Translations under genes and position numbers: made by a program
Shown here: positions 1 through 8,922 of the stretch, one piece after another
Position numbering within the stretch: position 1 is the first letter of the stretch
How the letters are laid out: every line of letters begins with the position of its first letter
Assembly (NCBI GenBank): GCA_964460815.1
Contig: CAYWRT010000006.1
Coordinates: 1-36,177 of the forward strand
DNA: 36,177 nucleotides
Reading direction: 5' to 3'
Source: an uncultured Dehalococcoidaceae bacterium
GTDB lineage: Bacteria > Chloroflexota > Dehalococcoidia > Dehalococcoidales > RBG-16-60-22
The notes under the pieces: model-generated
Told to the model about the DNA's origin: nothing
The model's database searches: none
What the model saw: the letters and a program-made list of their open reading frames with translations, nothing else

Positions 1-31
1 CTATATATACTATAACCCTCTCTGATAATTA

Positions 32-60
32 TTGCCTTAAAAGTTAAATCCGCCTATAAT
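32..60 (+). promoter_or_regulatory. sigma70-type promoter of tRNA-Pro
   Basis: TTGCCT-N17-TATAAT ending 8 nt before the tRNA. Confidence 0.7.
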
Positions 61-68
61 AATGCTGT

Positions 69-146
69 CGGGGCGTAGCGCAGCCTGGTTAGCGCGCCGC
101 GTTCGGGACGCGGAGGTCGGTGGTTCAAATCCACTCGCCCCGACCA
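69..146 (+). tRNA. tRNA-Pro(CGG)
   Basis: Acceptor stem CGGGGCG/CGCCCCG, anticodon arm CCGCG-TTCGGGA-CGCGG, T-loop GGTTCAAATCC, encoded 3' CCA. Confidence 0.97.
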
Positions 147-463
147 TTTTAAAGAATCTGGCCCTGCCGCCCCGGGGAACCGCGTCTCTCATCGCTTCCC
201 ACGGTAAACATTCTAGATTTGTGCTTACCCTGTGTCAACCTTGTGGACTTGATAAGCCTGGCGCCAATCCTTTCGACCACCCTCATAAAATATACTGGGC
301 GGAATATCCGGAGTAAAGGTAAAGAAGATAACCAGACCTGAAAAGAGTATAATAGAGGCAGCAAAAGAAAAAACGGCAACCGGTCCCTCTTAATAGGCTG
401 TGATACCCTTCTCGATTTGCCATTATTACCCAAGAGGTGCCAACCCGGAACATCCTCTAAAAA

Positions 464-1702
464 TTGACACAAGTAATGATGAATAGCAGAGGCAAGGCCG
501 AGCTTCCGGATAGAGAGCATTTACCGCAGAGGGAAGACTCACAGTTAGGAGTCACCAACTGGCTCCTGCGGGCGAAAGCGACCACAGGTATTCGGAGCAT
601 TCATTTCTGGATTATCCTGGGCCTCTTTGCCATCTTTGCCTATATCTATTACGGCGTTTTGACCGCCTTTCACGATATTTATGTTATTCTTTTCTTTTAT
701 CCGTTGATTTATGCTGCTGTCATCTATCGCCTGCGAGGGGTGTTAATCAGCGGACTGGTTTTTCTTGCCGTCTTATTACCCTACGCCCTGCTTATTTCCT
801 ATGACATGCCATTACTAATAAGGTCACTAATCTTTGCTCTTTTTGCCTTTCTCATCAGTAGCCTGGGGGCGACTTTGTTAAACTACCTGGAGCATCAAAT
901 AGAAGCCTACGAGGAGATATTATCTCTTAATGAGGAGTTAAACGGCTATATCGAACGCCTGCAAAGCACTCAGAGGCAGCTTATCCAGGCAGAGAAGCTG
1001 AGCGCCATTGGCCAGCTAGCGGCAGCCGTGGCCCATGAACTCAACAACCCGCTGGCTGGCGTTCTGATATATACCAAGCTACTGATGAAGAAGATAGGCG
1101 ACGATTCCTTTGACAGGGAAGAAACGCTGGCTAACCTGTTAAAAATAGATACAGCAGTTAACCAGTGTTCGAGGATAATACGCGGCCTTCTTGATTTTGC
1201 CCGACAGTCCGAGCCCGCCTTAAAACCGGTAATAATAAGCAGCGTCATCGACCAGGTGATATCTCTGGTCGGTCACCAGGCTGTGATGAAGAAAGTGGCA
1301 GTAGCCAGAGAGGAAGCACCAGCACTGCCACCGGTTCTGGCTGACTTCAACCAGCTTCAGCAGGTGTTTATCAACCTTGCCGTGAATGCTATTCAGGCAA
1401 CCTCTGAGGGTGGCCGGCTGACTATCCGCAGCTCGCTGGGGGAGGATGGCCGGGTCAGGGTAAGCTTTCAGGATACCGGCTGTGGCATACCCCCCGAGAA
1501 TATAGATAAAATATTCACCCCCTTTTTCACCACTAAAGAAGAGGTAAAGGGGGTGGGCTTGGGGTTGTCCGTATCATACGGGATTATTGAGCGCCATGGC
1601 GGCAAGATTGAAGTACAGAGCGAGGTTGGCAAGGGAAGCACCTTTACCGTTTATCTCCCGGTTTATCAAGAAGGGTCACAGCCAACCTCAACACAGCTGT
1701 AA
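464..1702 (+). CDS. Membrane-bound sensor histidine kinase (about 4 TM + HisKA + HATPase); start uncertain (ATG at 476/479 possible)
   Basis: H-box AHELNNPL, N-box NLAVNAIQA, G1 DTGCGI, F box IFTPFFTTK, G2 GVGLGL; hydrophobic N-terminus. Confidence 0.93.
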   Translation: MTQVMMNSRGKAELPDREHLPQREDSQLGVTNWLLRAKATTGIRSIHFWIILGLFAIFAYIYYGVLTAFHDIYVILFFYPLIYAAVIYRLRGVLISGLVFLAVLLPYALLISYDMPLLIRSLIFALFAFLISSLGATLLNYLEHQIEAYEEILSLNEELNGYIERLQSTQRQLIQAEKLSAIGQLAAAVAHELNNPLAGVLIYTKLLMKKIGDDSFDREETLANLLKIDTAVNQCSRIIRGLLDFARQSEPALKPVIISSVIDQVISLVGHQAVMKKVAVAREEAPALPPVLADFNQLQQVFINLAVNAIQATSEGGRLTIRSSLGEDGRVRVSFQDTGCGIPPENIDKIFTPFFTTKEEVKGVGLGLSVSYGIIERHGGKIEVQSEVGKGSTFTVYLPVYQEGSQPTSTQL

Positions 1703-1740
1703 ATTAACACTGACTGCCTGATAGCATCGCAGACAAAGCC

Positions 1741-3030
1741 CTACCTGTTGAACGATACCTTTAAAACGTGCGCGGAGCATGATATACACGGGTCATAGGC
1801 CCTGACCAGCATCTCCAGAGTAAGTCTAATTTTATCCTCGGGTTGGCTCAGTATGGTGGGCACCAGAGCCTCCATGTCTTTCTGGATATTATTATGGTTC
1901 TGGTTGGTGGGAATGATACAGTTAGCCCTGGTCAGTATCCCATTATCATCATAGGTATAGTCATGGAAAAGGATACCGCGCGGAGCCTCTACGGCTCCGA
2001 TACCCCTCCCCGCCCGCACCTTTACCCTGCTATCCTCTTCCTCAAGACCTTTGTCCAGTATCCGGTCAATGAGATTAAGGCTATCCTCCAGGGCATGGAC
2101 ACATTCAATGATTTGAGCCACGGTTATCATGAAAGGATTATGGCAGGGTGCCCTCAGGCCAAGTTCCTCGGCAGCTTTCTGCGCCCCGGGCGATAGCTGG
2201 TCATGATTATTATTAAAGCGGGCCAGAGCCCCCACCATGTAGGCATCACGCTTGTTTTTAGTGTACTTGGCGGTGGAGTGGGGAACACAAAACTCATTGG
2301 TGACCTCCAGGTACTTATCCACAGGGGCGAGACCGGCGTCGGTTGAGGCAATCTGGCCGCTGATAAAGGCATACTCTCTGGTATCTTTCAGGGCGATATA
2401 TTCCGTTTCGCGCGTAAAATCGGGAATCTCCAGGGTCTTGAACAGCCCGACAACAGCATCCAGGTCAGCCAGGGCATCTTCCAGCCTCTTGCGGAGAGCT
2501 TCAAGCTCCCTTAGCTCGGGCAGCTTGGCAAAGCCGCCAACCACACAGGAGATGGGGTGGGTCTTCCTGCCTGCCAGCGCCTCAGCCAGATTATAGGCAA
2601 GCTTTTTCAGTCTCAGCGCCATCAGCACCGCATCTTTGTGCGTGGCTACCAGGGGAAAAACGCTACCGGCTCCCAGGAGGTCGGGTAACACCAGAAAAAG
2701 GACATGCAGGATATGGCTTTCCAAGATTTCGGCATTATAAAGCAGTTTCCGTAAAAGCAGCGTCTGCCGTGACGGCTGAATGCCAAAAGCAGCCTCGGTA
2801 GCCTGTATCGAGCAGGTAGAGTGAGAGATGGAACATATGCCACAGATTCTGGAGGCAATGTGGGGCACATCTTCACAGTACCTGCCCCGAAGCATAACCT
2901 CAAACAAGCGGGGTGATTCCGTAACCTCCCATAAGAGCTTCTCAATTTTGCCATCGGTGGCATTGAGCACGATATTACCATGTCCCTCCACCCGCGTCAG
3001 TTGATGCACATTCACATTGACTTCTGTCAC
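1741..3030 (-). CDS. [NiFe]-hydrogenase large (alpha) subunit, group 3b/sulfhydrogenase type
   Basis: TRVEGHG, L1 RICGICSISH, EAPRG, L2 RAYDPCISCSAH plus a short C-terminal extension. Confidence 0.95.
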   Translation of the reverse strand: MTEVNVNVHQLTRVEGHGNIVLNATDGKIEKLLWEVTESPRLFEVMLRGRYCEDVPHIASRICGICSISHSTCSIQATEAAFGIQPSRQTLLLRKLLYNAEILESHILHVLFLVLPDLLGAGSVFPLVATHKDAVLMALRLKKLAYNLAEALAGRKTHPISCVVGGFAKLPELRELEALRKRLEDALADLDAVVGLFKTLEIPDFTRETEYIALKDTREYAFISGQIASTDAGLAPVDKYLEVTNEFCVPHSTAKYTKNKRDAYMVGALARFNNNHDQLSPGAQKAAEELGLRAPCHNPFMITVAQIIECVHALEDSLNLIDRILDKGLEEEDSRVKVRAGRGIGAVEAPRGILFHDYTYDDNGILTRANCIIPTNQNHNNIQKDMEALVPTILSQPEDKIRLTLEMLVRAYDPCISCSAHVLKVSFNR

Positions 3031-3767
3031 TTGGTCACCTCCGCAAAGGTGTCATAAATTTTAAATTTCTCAACAACCTGGTCTACGGTCAGGCCGTACT
3101 TTTTAAGTATATCCTTCTCCGAATTTATGTTGGGTTCATCCACCAGGCCTCGGCAGCCCCAGCATATCCGCCCGCTATTGACACAGATAGCACCACAGCC
3201 GGCCCTGGTTACCGGGCCCAGGCAGGTCATGCCTCTTTCAAAAACGCAGACATTACCGGCCATCTTACACTCAACACAGACAGGATAGCCGGGTATATCC
3301 GGTTTCTTGTTCAGCAGGAGCGCCTTAACCACCTTGATAAGCTCGGCGGGCTGTGGCGGGCAGCCCCTTACATAGTAGTCTACGGTAACTACGGCGTTTG
3401 CCGGGCGGGCGGGAATGGTATCATAATATCTGGCATCCTCACCATAGACGGTACGCAGCGCCTCTTCCATGGGGACATGGTTCTTCAGGCAATTAATGCC
3501 GCCGATACAGGCACAGGCACCCAGGGCGACCAGGACCTTGGCCTGGTCGCGTATTTTTTGCAGCCGGCCTATCTCTGACTCCCGGCTGATACTGCCCTCA
3601 ATAAAGGCGATATCATAGTTATCGCTTCTCTCCGTCATCACTTCTCTGAAGTTGACAATGTCCACCGCAGCCAGCAGGTCCAGGAGTTGCTCACCATCAA
3701 GGTTAAGCGCATCCAGCTGGCATCCTTCACAGCCGGTAAAATCAAAGAACGCTACCCTAGGCTTCAT
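3027..3767 (-). CDS. [NiFe]-hydrogenase small (delta) subunit
   Basis: FTGCEGC, GACACIGG, RGCPP, VCVEC, CLGPVTRAGCGAIC, CWGCRG. Confidence 0.93.
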   Translation of the reverse strand: MKPRVAFFDFTGCEGCQLDALNLDGEQLLDLLAAVDIVNFREVMTERSDNYDIAFIEGSISRESEIGRLQKIRDQAKVLVALGACACIGGINCLKNHVPMEEALRTVYGEDARYYDTIPARPANAVVTVDYYVRGCPPQPAELIKVVKALLLNKKPDIPGYPVCVECKMAGNVCVFERGMTCLGPVTRAGCGAICVNSGRICWGCRGLVDEPNINSEKDILKKYGLTVDQVVEKFKIYDTFAEVTK

Positions 3768-6094
3768 CAGACTGCCTCCCTTAGATTTCTCAGTTGGGCA
3801 AGGTTAAATACCGGGCCCTCCTGGCATACATAGACACCGTTAATCTGGCAGTGGCCACACTTGCCGACGCCACACTTCATCCTTCGCTCCAGCGACATGA
3901 TGATGTTCTCATCGGGAAGGTCCCTTTTCTTGAGTTCCACGATGACGAACCGGTACATTATAGGCGGCCCGACCACCACCGCCACGGTCCTGTGGGGGTC
4001 AATTTCAACCTTGGGGATAAGGGTGGTAATAACACCTACATTCCCCTGCCAGCTCTCATTACCTTTATCCACCGTTTCGTGGAACTCGATGTCGGGGCTC
4101 TTGTTCCAGGCAGCCAGCTCATCCAGGAACAATCGCTCCGCCGGCGACCTGGCGCCGAAGAGCAGGATGGCCCGGCCAAAAGAGCTCCTGCGGTCAAGAA
4201 TATACTGAATCAATGAGCGCAGCGGGAAGAGACCGATGCCGCCGGCGACCAGCAGAATGTCCTTGCCCTCGAGAGACTCAAGTGGAAAGCCGTTGCCAAA
4301 CGGACCCCGTATGCCCACTTTGGTCCCTTCCTTGAGATGATGCAGGGCGTTGGTAACATCGCCGACATTTCTTATTGCCAGCTGAAAGGTACCGTCTCTG
4401 GTCGGTGACGATGAAATGGAAATGGGCGCCTCGCCGATGCCCATCACCGAGACCTCAACAAACTGTCCGGGGCGATGCCCCAGCTCCCTGCCATCCTCAA
4501 GACGGAACTCAAAGACCTTCTCATTGGGTGTCAATTCGCTGACCTTTACCAGCGCCGCGGGGCAGGGAGCGTATAATTCAGTCTCCGGCTTTACCTCGCT
4601 GACAATACGCTTGGCGGCTTCTTTAATCCCGGCTGACTCAGCTATGGAGTTGAAAGCCTCCAGGGGACTGGCTATCTCCGCCAGGCAGGCGATGGCACAC
4701 CGACCACAGCCCACGCAGCCGACCCTCCCGTATCTTTCCAGAACATATTTACCCTTGCGAAATATCCGGTGCCGGAAACGGCTCTCTTTGTTATGGCGGA
4801 AATTCTCACCGGTAGCTACCTTGGCGAAGTCAACCAGCATACAGCCGTCCCAGCGGCGGAGGCGCTCTCCCTCTCTCAGGTTCAGCGCCACTTCATCGGT
4901 GACATCAAAGCAGAAACAGGTGGGGCACACCATGACGCAGGAGCCGCAACTGAGGCAGGTTTCACTCCTGGATGCCCAGTACGGGTCATCGTAGTTGTCC
5001 TCCAGCAGCTTGGGCAGCCTTTCTCTGGCCACGTCAAGAGAGAGCTGATACCTGGCCAGCGCCCCGTCCCTGGCCTGCTTCTGCCTGGCGATATCATCGC
5101 TGGTCGGTTCGCCTGCCGATGCATACTTTGCGAGGAGTACAGCACCCATTTCTGAACCAACTGTTACCATATAGGCAGTGCCAATATCCGTCAGCAGGAG
5201 GTCAAAGCCCGTTTCCGCCGTGTTCGTCCCCATGCTGGGGGCAAAGGATTTGGGGGATGGGTTAAGACAGTCAACCCCGATGATAACGGTGTTTTGCCGC
5301 CGGGCGATGTAATTGGGGTCAGGGTTGGCCGCCATGAAGACCTCGTCCAGCAACTCGATGGCCTTAATATCATAGGGGTGCACACCGATTACAGCCAACG
5401 GGGCGGCTTCAACTACCGGCTCAGCCTTTGACTCGTCTCCAATTTTGAATTTAAGCAGGTTCTCTCTGGCGGGCAGGAGGTACTTGGTCGGCGGCATAAC
5501 GGTAACATCATAATCAAGACGGAGCTCATCAAAGCTGTCTATCCTGTCGTAAACATATTTCCCATGCCTGGATTTGACGCCGACTATTTCCATCTCCTTA
5601 CTGAGGCTGTTTACCATAGCCTTCAGATTCTCCCTGGTAATAACGAATAACCTCTTGACCGCAGCGGCTTCTACTACCGGCGGCTTGGGTGGCGCGGCTG
5701 CCCTGGCTTTAACCGTCGGTTCCTCGCCTACTGAATCGAGAGTCTCCCGGATAAGCTTTTCCAGGTCGTCGGGGGCAACCGGCTTAACCAGGTAATCAAT
5801 GGCACCAAGCTGCCTCGCCTCGCTCGTGGTTTCATCGGAGGGGTAGGCAGTTATGATAATTGACTTTATCCACGGTCTTTGTGCTTTTACTTCCTTCAGT
5901 ACGGCTATCCCGGTTTGCCCCGGCAAACGTATATCCAAGACCATAACGCTGAAGTCCTGTTTTTCTATCACCTCAAGGGCTTCTTCTCCGGTCTCAGCCG
6001 TGGCCACCTGGTAGCCGGCATCTTTGAGCCAGTCCCTTATGGACTCGCGCACAATTGCCTCATCATCCACAACCAGTACCGAGTTTCTTATCAT
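3767..6094 (-). CDS. Fusion of a response-regulator receiver domain, sulfhydrogenase beta (4Fe-4S, AsrA-like) and gamma (FAD/NAD(P), 2Fe-2S, AsrB-like) subunits
   Basis: aa1-119 REC (D10 D11, D54, T82, K104-P); Pro/Ala linker; CLSCGSCVMVCPTCFC and CVGCGRCAIAC; RPGQFV, GPFGNGF, VAGGIG, CGVGKCGHC..C; single open frame. Confidence 0.92.
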   Translation of the reverse strand: MIRNSVLVVDDEAIVRESIRDWLKDAGYQVATAETGEEALEVIEKQDFSVMVLDIRLPGQTGIAVLKEVKAQRPWIKSIIITAYPSDETTSEARQLGAIDYLVKPVAPDDLEKLIRETLDSVGEEPTVKARAAAPPKPPVVEAAAVKRLFVITRENLKAMVNSLSKEMEIVGVKSRHGKYVYDRIDSFDELRLDYDVTVMPPTKYLLPARENLLKFKIGDESKAEPVVEAAPLAVIGVHPYDIKAIELLDEVFMAANPDPNYIARRQNTVIIGVDCLNPSPKSFAPSMGTNTAETGFDLLLTDIGTAYMVTVGSEMGAVLLAKYASAGEPTSDDIARQKQARDGALARYQLSLDVARERLPKLLEDNYDDPYWASRSETCLSCGSCVMVCPTCFCFDVTDEVALNLREGERLRRWDGCMLVDFAKVATGENFRHNKESRFRHRIFRKGKYVLERYGRVGCVGCGRCAIACLAEIASPLEAFNSIAESAGIKEAAKRIVSEVKPETELYAPCPAALVKVSELTPNEKVFEFRLEDGRELGHRPGQFVEVSVMGIGEAPISISSSPTRDGTFQLAIRNVGDVTNALHHLKEGTKVGIRGPFGNGFPLESLEGKDILLVAGGIGLFPLRSLIQYILDRRSSFGRAILLFGARSPAERLFLDELAAWNKSPDIEFHETVDKGNESWQGNVGVITTLIPKVEIDPHRTVAVVVGPPIMYRFVIVELKKRDLPDENIIMSLERRMKCGVGKCGHCQINGVYVCQEGPVFNLAQLRNLREAV

Positions 6095-6107
6095 CGTTGC
6101 GACCTCC

Positions 6108-6485
6108 TTATTCTTCGTCGCATTTCAGAAGGGTTTCCCGGATGAGTCTTTCCAGGTCATCAGGAGCAATTGGCTTGATTAGGTAATCAATAGCGCCAAG
6201 CTGCCTCGCCTCATCTGACAATTCTGTCGATGGGTAAGCCGTGATAATAATGGACTTTATCTCTGGCTTGAGAACTTTCACCTGCTTCAGTACCGTCATG
6301 CCGGTTTGCCCGGGCAGCCTTATATCCATGACGATAACACTGAAGTCCTGCTTCTTTATCATCTCCAAGGCTTCCTCCCCGGTCTCAGCCGTGGCCACCT
6401 GGTAGCCGGCATCTTTGAGCCAGTCCCTTATCGAATCCCGCACAATCGGTTCATCATCAACAATCAATATTGGCTTTCTGCTCAT
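6108..6485 (-). CDS. Stand-alone CheY-like response regulator
   Basis: ILIVDDE, VMDIRLPG, ITAY, LIKP; no output domain. Confidence 0.93.
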   Translation of the reverse strand: MSRKPILIVDDEPIVRDSIRDWLKDAGYQVATAETGEEALEMIKKQDFSVIVMDIRLPGQTGMTVLKQVKVLKPEIKSIIITAYPSTELSDEARQLGAIDYLIKPIAPDDLERLIRETLLKCDEE

Positions 6486-6613
6486 ACTCTGGCTATCCCC
6501 CTGGCCACTATTACGGAGAGCTCGCTTTCATGTCGCCTCCGGACTGGGAGTGCCGGTGCCGCCGACACCCGGATAACGGATAAAGGTGGCTGTAAAGAAT
6601 ATGAAGGGTAGAA

Positions 6614-6656
6614 TAGTAACTAAAGTTACTATATACCCCTGATGAACGAATGTCAA
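6614..6656 (-). promoter_or_regulatory. Promoter of the REC/hydrogenase operon with an overlapping palindromic operator candidate
   Basis: Minus strand TTGACA-N17-TATAGT (6656-6628); palindrome TAGTAAC-TAAA-GTTACTA at 6614-6631. Confidence 0.6.
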
Positions 6657-6712
6657 TACATATTATGAGGCTAATAATGACTAGCGTGGTGATAAAAAGG
6701 CAGAATCCCCCC

Positions 6713-6765
6713 AATAATGCTGGCGGGGCATAGAGGCCGGCAGTTCAAACCTGCCCGCCCCGACC
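6713..6765 (+). pseudogene. Internally deleted, diverged copy of tRNA-Pro with its 5' flank
   Basis: AATAATGCTGGCGGGGCATAG vs AATAATGCTGTCGGGGCGTAG at 58-78; GAGGCCGGCAGTTCAAACCTGCCCGCCCCGACC vs GAGGTCGGTGGTTCAAATCCACTCGCCCCGACC; D and anticodon arms absent. Confidence 0.75.
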
Positions 6766-7548
6766 GGTCTCCTCTGTTCCCCTCTTCGCCTCCTCCCACA
6801 GGGCATTCTGCTCATCAAAGGACAGTTCCTTGAAAGTCTTCCCGCGCTGCCGACAGAGTCCCTCCATATAGGTAAAGCGACGGTAAAAGCGCCGGTTTGC
6901 CTCCCGCAGCGCTGCCTCGGGGTCAATTCCCTGCCGGCGGGCAATATTGACCAGGGTAAAGAGCAGGTCACCGTACTCCTGCGCCCTCTCCTCCTTACTG
7001 CCCGCCTGCTGGTACTCCCTGACCTCCTCACTCAGCTTATCAATAACCCCGTCAACGTCCTCCCAGTCAAAGCCGACCCAGGCCACCCGGCGCTGAATTT
7101 CCTGACTGTAGCCCAGGGCGGGCATTTGCCTGGGCACACTCTCCAGTATGGATGCATCGGTGCCCCTTTCCTCCTGCTTTAAGGCCTCCCAGTTGTGCGC
7201 CACCTCCTCAGCGTCCTTCACTTTCTCAGAACCGAAGACATGGGGATGGCGGTGAATCAGCTTGCTATTAATGCCCCTGACCACATCACCCAGCTCAAAC
7301 TCACCATCTTCAGCGGAAATCCGGGCGTGGAGCACAATCTGCATCAGCAGGTCGCCCAGCTCATCGCAGAGCTTCCCGGAATCGTCCTCATCAAGCGCCT
7401 CCAGTACCTCATAGCACTCCGCCAGCAGGCTCTCCCGAAGCGAGGCATGGGTCTGCTGCCGGTCCCAGGGACAGCCATCAGGGGCACGCAGCCGGTTAAT
7501 AATTTCTATCAGCGCCTCAAACTGGCTCAGGTCCTTCGGCAAAGACAA
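6745..7548 (-). CDS. mazG: Nucleoside triphosphate pyrophosphohydrolase MazG
   Basis: LRAPDGCPWDRQQTH, ELGDLL, KLIHRHPHVF, second MazG repeat EYGDLLF. Confidence 0.95.
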   Translation of the reverse strand: MSLPKDLSQFEALIEIINRLRAPDGCPWDRQQTHASLRESLLAECYEVLEALDEDDSGKLCDELGDLLMQIVLHARISAEDGEFELGDVVRGINSKLIHRHPHVFGSEKVKDAEEVAHNWEALKQEERGTDASILESVPRQMPALGYSQEIQRRVAWVGFDWEDVDGVIDKLSEEVREYQQAGSKEERAQEYGDLLFTLVNIARRQGIDPEAALREANRRFYRRFTYMEGLCRQRGKTFKELSFDEQNALWEEAKRGTEETGRGGQV

Positions 7549-7613
7549 AGTAACCCCCTGCTCTGATTATACAGACTGGTCTGTGTTGAAGCAACATACG
7601 CTGAGGGCACCGG

Positions 7614-8552
7614 CTAGCCCGGCAGAACAGAGCCTATGAAGTCCCTCTGCCCTCTCAGAAACTCGGCGGCAGACACAACCCGCTTGCCCTCGAGCTGGAC
7701 CTTAAGGAGACCCAGAATGCCATCCCCGGTACCGACACCGGCCACAGCCCCGCTTCCAGGCTGAGCCAGCACCCGCCCCACCTCAGAGACACCCTCCCCA
7801 GGTATAGGCACCGCCTCAATAATCTTAAGCTGCTTCCCCCGCCATCGGGTGTAACACCCGGGCCAGGGATTATAGGCGCGCACCCGCCGCCATATTGCCA
7901 CCGCCGACATTTTCCAGTCAACCTCCCCATCCTCCTTGGTGATGCGGGCGGAATAAGTAGCCGCAGCCTCATCCTGGGGCCGGGGAACAATCTCTCGCCG
8001 CCACCAGCCGGTCAGAGCCTCCTGGAGCAAATGAGCCGCTATCAGGGACAGCTTGCCGGTAAGCGAGCCGGTGTTATCCTGCGGGGAAACAGGCACCGCC
8101 GCCCTGGTCAGTACCGGACCGGTATCCATACCGGCATCCAGCAGCATAACGCTGACCCCGGTAAATTCGTCTCCCGAAAGTATCGCTGACGCTACCGGTG
8201 AGGCACCCCTGAACTTAGGCAATAGCGAGGGGTGGACATTGATACACCCGTAGCGGGGAATATCCAGAACCGACTGCGGCAGAATCTGGCCGAAGGCAGC
8301 CACCACAACCGTATCGGGGTCAAGGTCAGCCAGACGCGATAACGCCTCCGTTGACTTCATACTTACCGGCTGCACCACGGGTAATTGCCAACGCAGGGCG
8401 GCCTCCTTCACCGGCGGTAAAACCGGGGCGCGCCCCCGGCCGGCGGGTCTATCCGGCTGGGTGTAAACAGCCTCAATCCGGTAATGATTAAGGATGAGGT
8501 GCTCCAGAGAGGGTACGGCAAATTCGGGTGTACCCATAAAAACAATCCGCAA
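7614..8552 (-). CDS. fmt: Methionyl-tRNA formyltransferase (start reassigned to TTG at 8552)
   Basis: RIVFMGTPEFA, NVHPSLLPKFRGASP, GMDTGP; GGAGG SD 6 nt before the TTG. Confidence 0.95.
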   Translation of the reverse strand: MRIVFMGTPEFAVPSLEHLILNHYRIEAVYTQPDRPAGRGRAPVLPPVKEAALRWQLPVVQPVSMKSTEALSRLADLDPDTVVVAAFGQILPQSVLDIPRYGCINVHPSLLPKFRGASPVASAILSGDEFTGVSVMLLDAGMDTGPVLTRAAVPVSPQDNTGSLTGKLSLIAAHLLQEALTGWWRREIVPRPQDEAAATYSARITKEDGEVDWKMSAVAIWRRVRAYNPWPGCYTRWRGKQLKIIEAVPIPGEGVSEVGRVLAQPGSGAVAGVGTGDGILGLLKVQLEGKRVVSAAEFLRGQRDFIGSVLPG

Positions 8553-8922
8553 CTTAGGCCTCCGATAACGGAATTTTAACATTAAAAATATTTTCCAACA
8601 ACCGACCATTTTGAACCTGCAACCCCCAATAATCAACAAAAAGGAAAGTATGAAAGAGTTGGCAAGAGGAAAAAAAGGACTATATTGGCTGGCCTTTACC
8701 CCCAAAAACCTTGCCACCCGGGTGCCATTAGTAGTATGCTAGTTGGTGTTAATAATTAGATAAATTGTTAACTTCTCCCACGCAAAACCTGCGAAAATCC
8801 AGTGATTAATTGCTGACAGGGGTGAGATTTTGCCTGAATCAGGAGAGGGGTATAATTTTGCCCGATTAAGGTACTGAACCCTGAAAATCTGAAAGCGGGC
8901 ACACAACAGGGAAAGGAAATTA
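8553..8922. other. fmt/dnaA intergenic region: divergent promoters and possible oriC part
   Basis: AT-rich; TATAAT at 8851; TAGTAGTAT followed by TGTTAATAA (8747-8755); TAATCAACA (8630-8638). Confidence 0.45.

Noticed and set aside
160-180. CCCTGCCGCCC as a sixth copy of the 41-bp repeat
   Set aside because: Lacks the CCCACCC start and the CTTATCCCGTA end.
62-520. ORFs 62..316(+) and 149..520(-)
   Set aside because: They overlap the tRNA or kinase start and have no recognisable domain, so they are likely spurious as called.
1741-1800. Possible [NiFeSe] hydrogenase given Sec-SelD
   Set aside because: The L2 motif is DPCISC with Cys codons and no UGA.
2315-2323. Perfect DnaA box TTATCCACA
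   Set aside because: Single copy inside the hydrogenase coding sequence (PVDKY), over 6 kb from dnaA, so probably chance.
8553-8717. N-terminal extension of fmt in the ORF track
   Set aside because: Homology and the SD both point to TTG at 8552.
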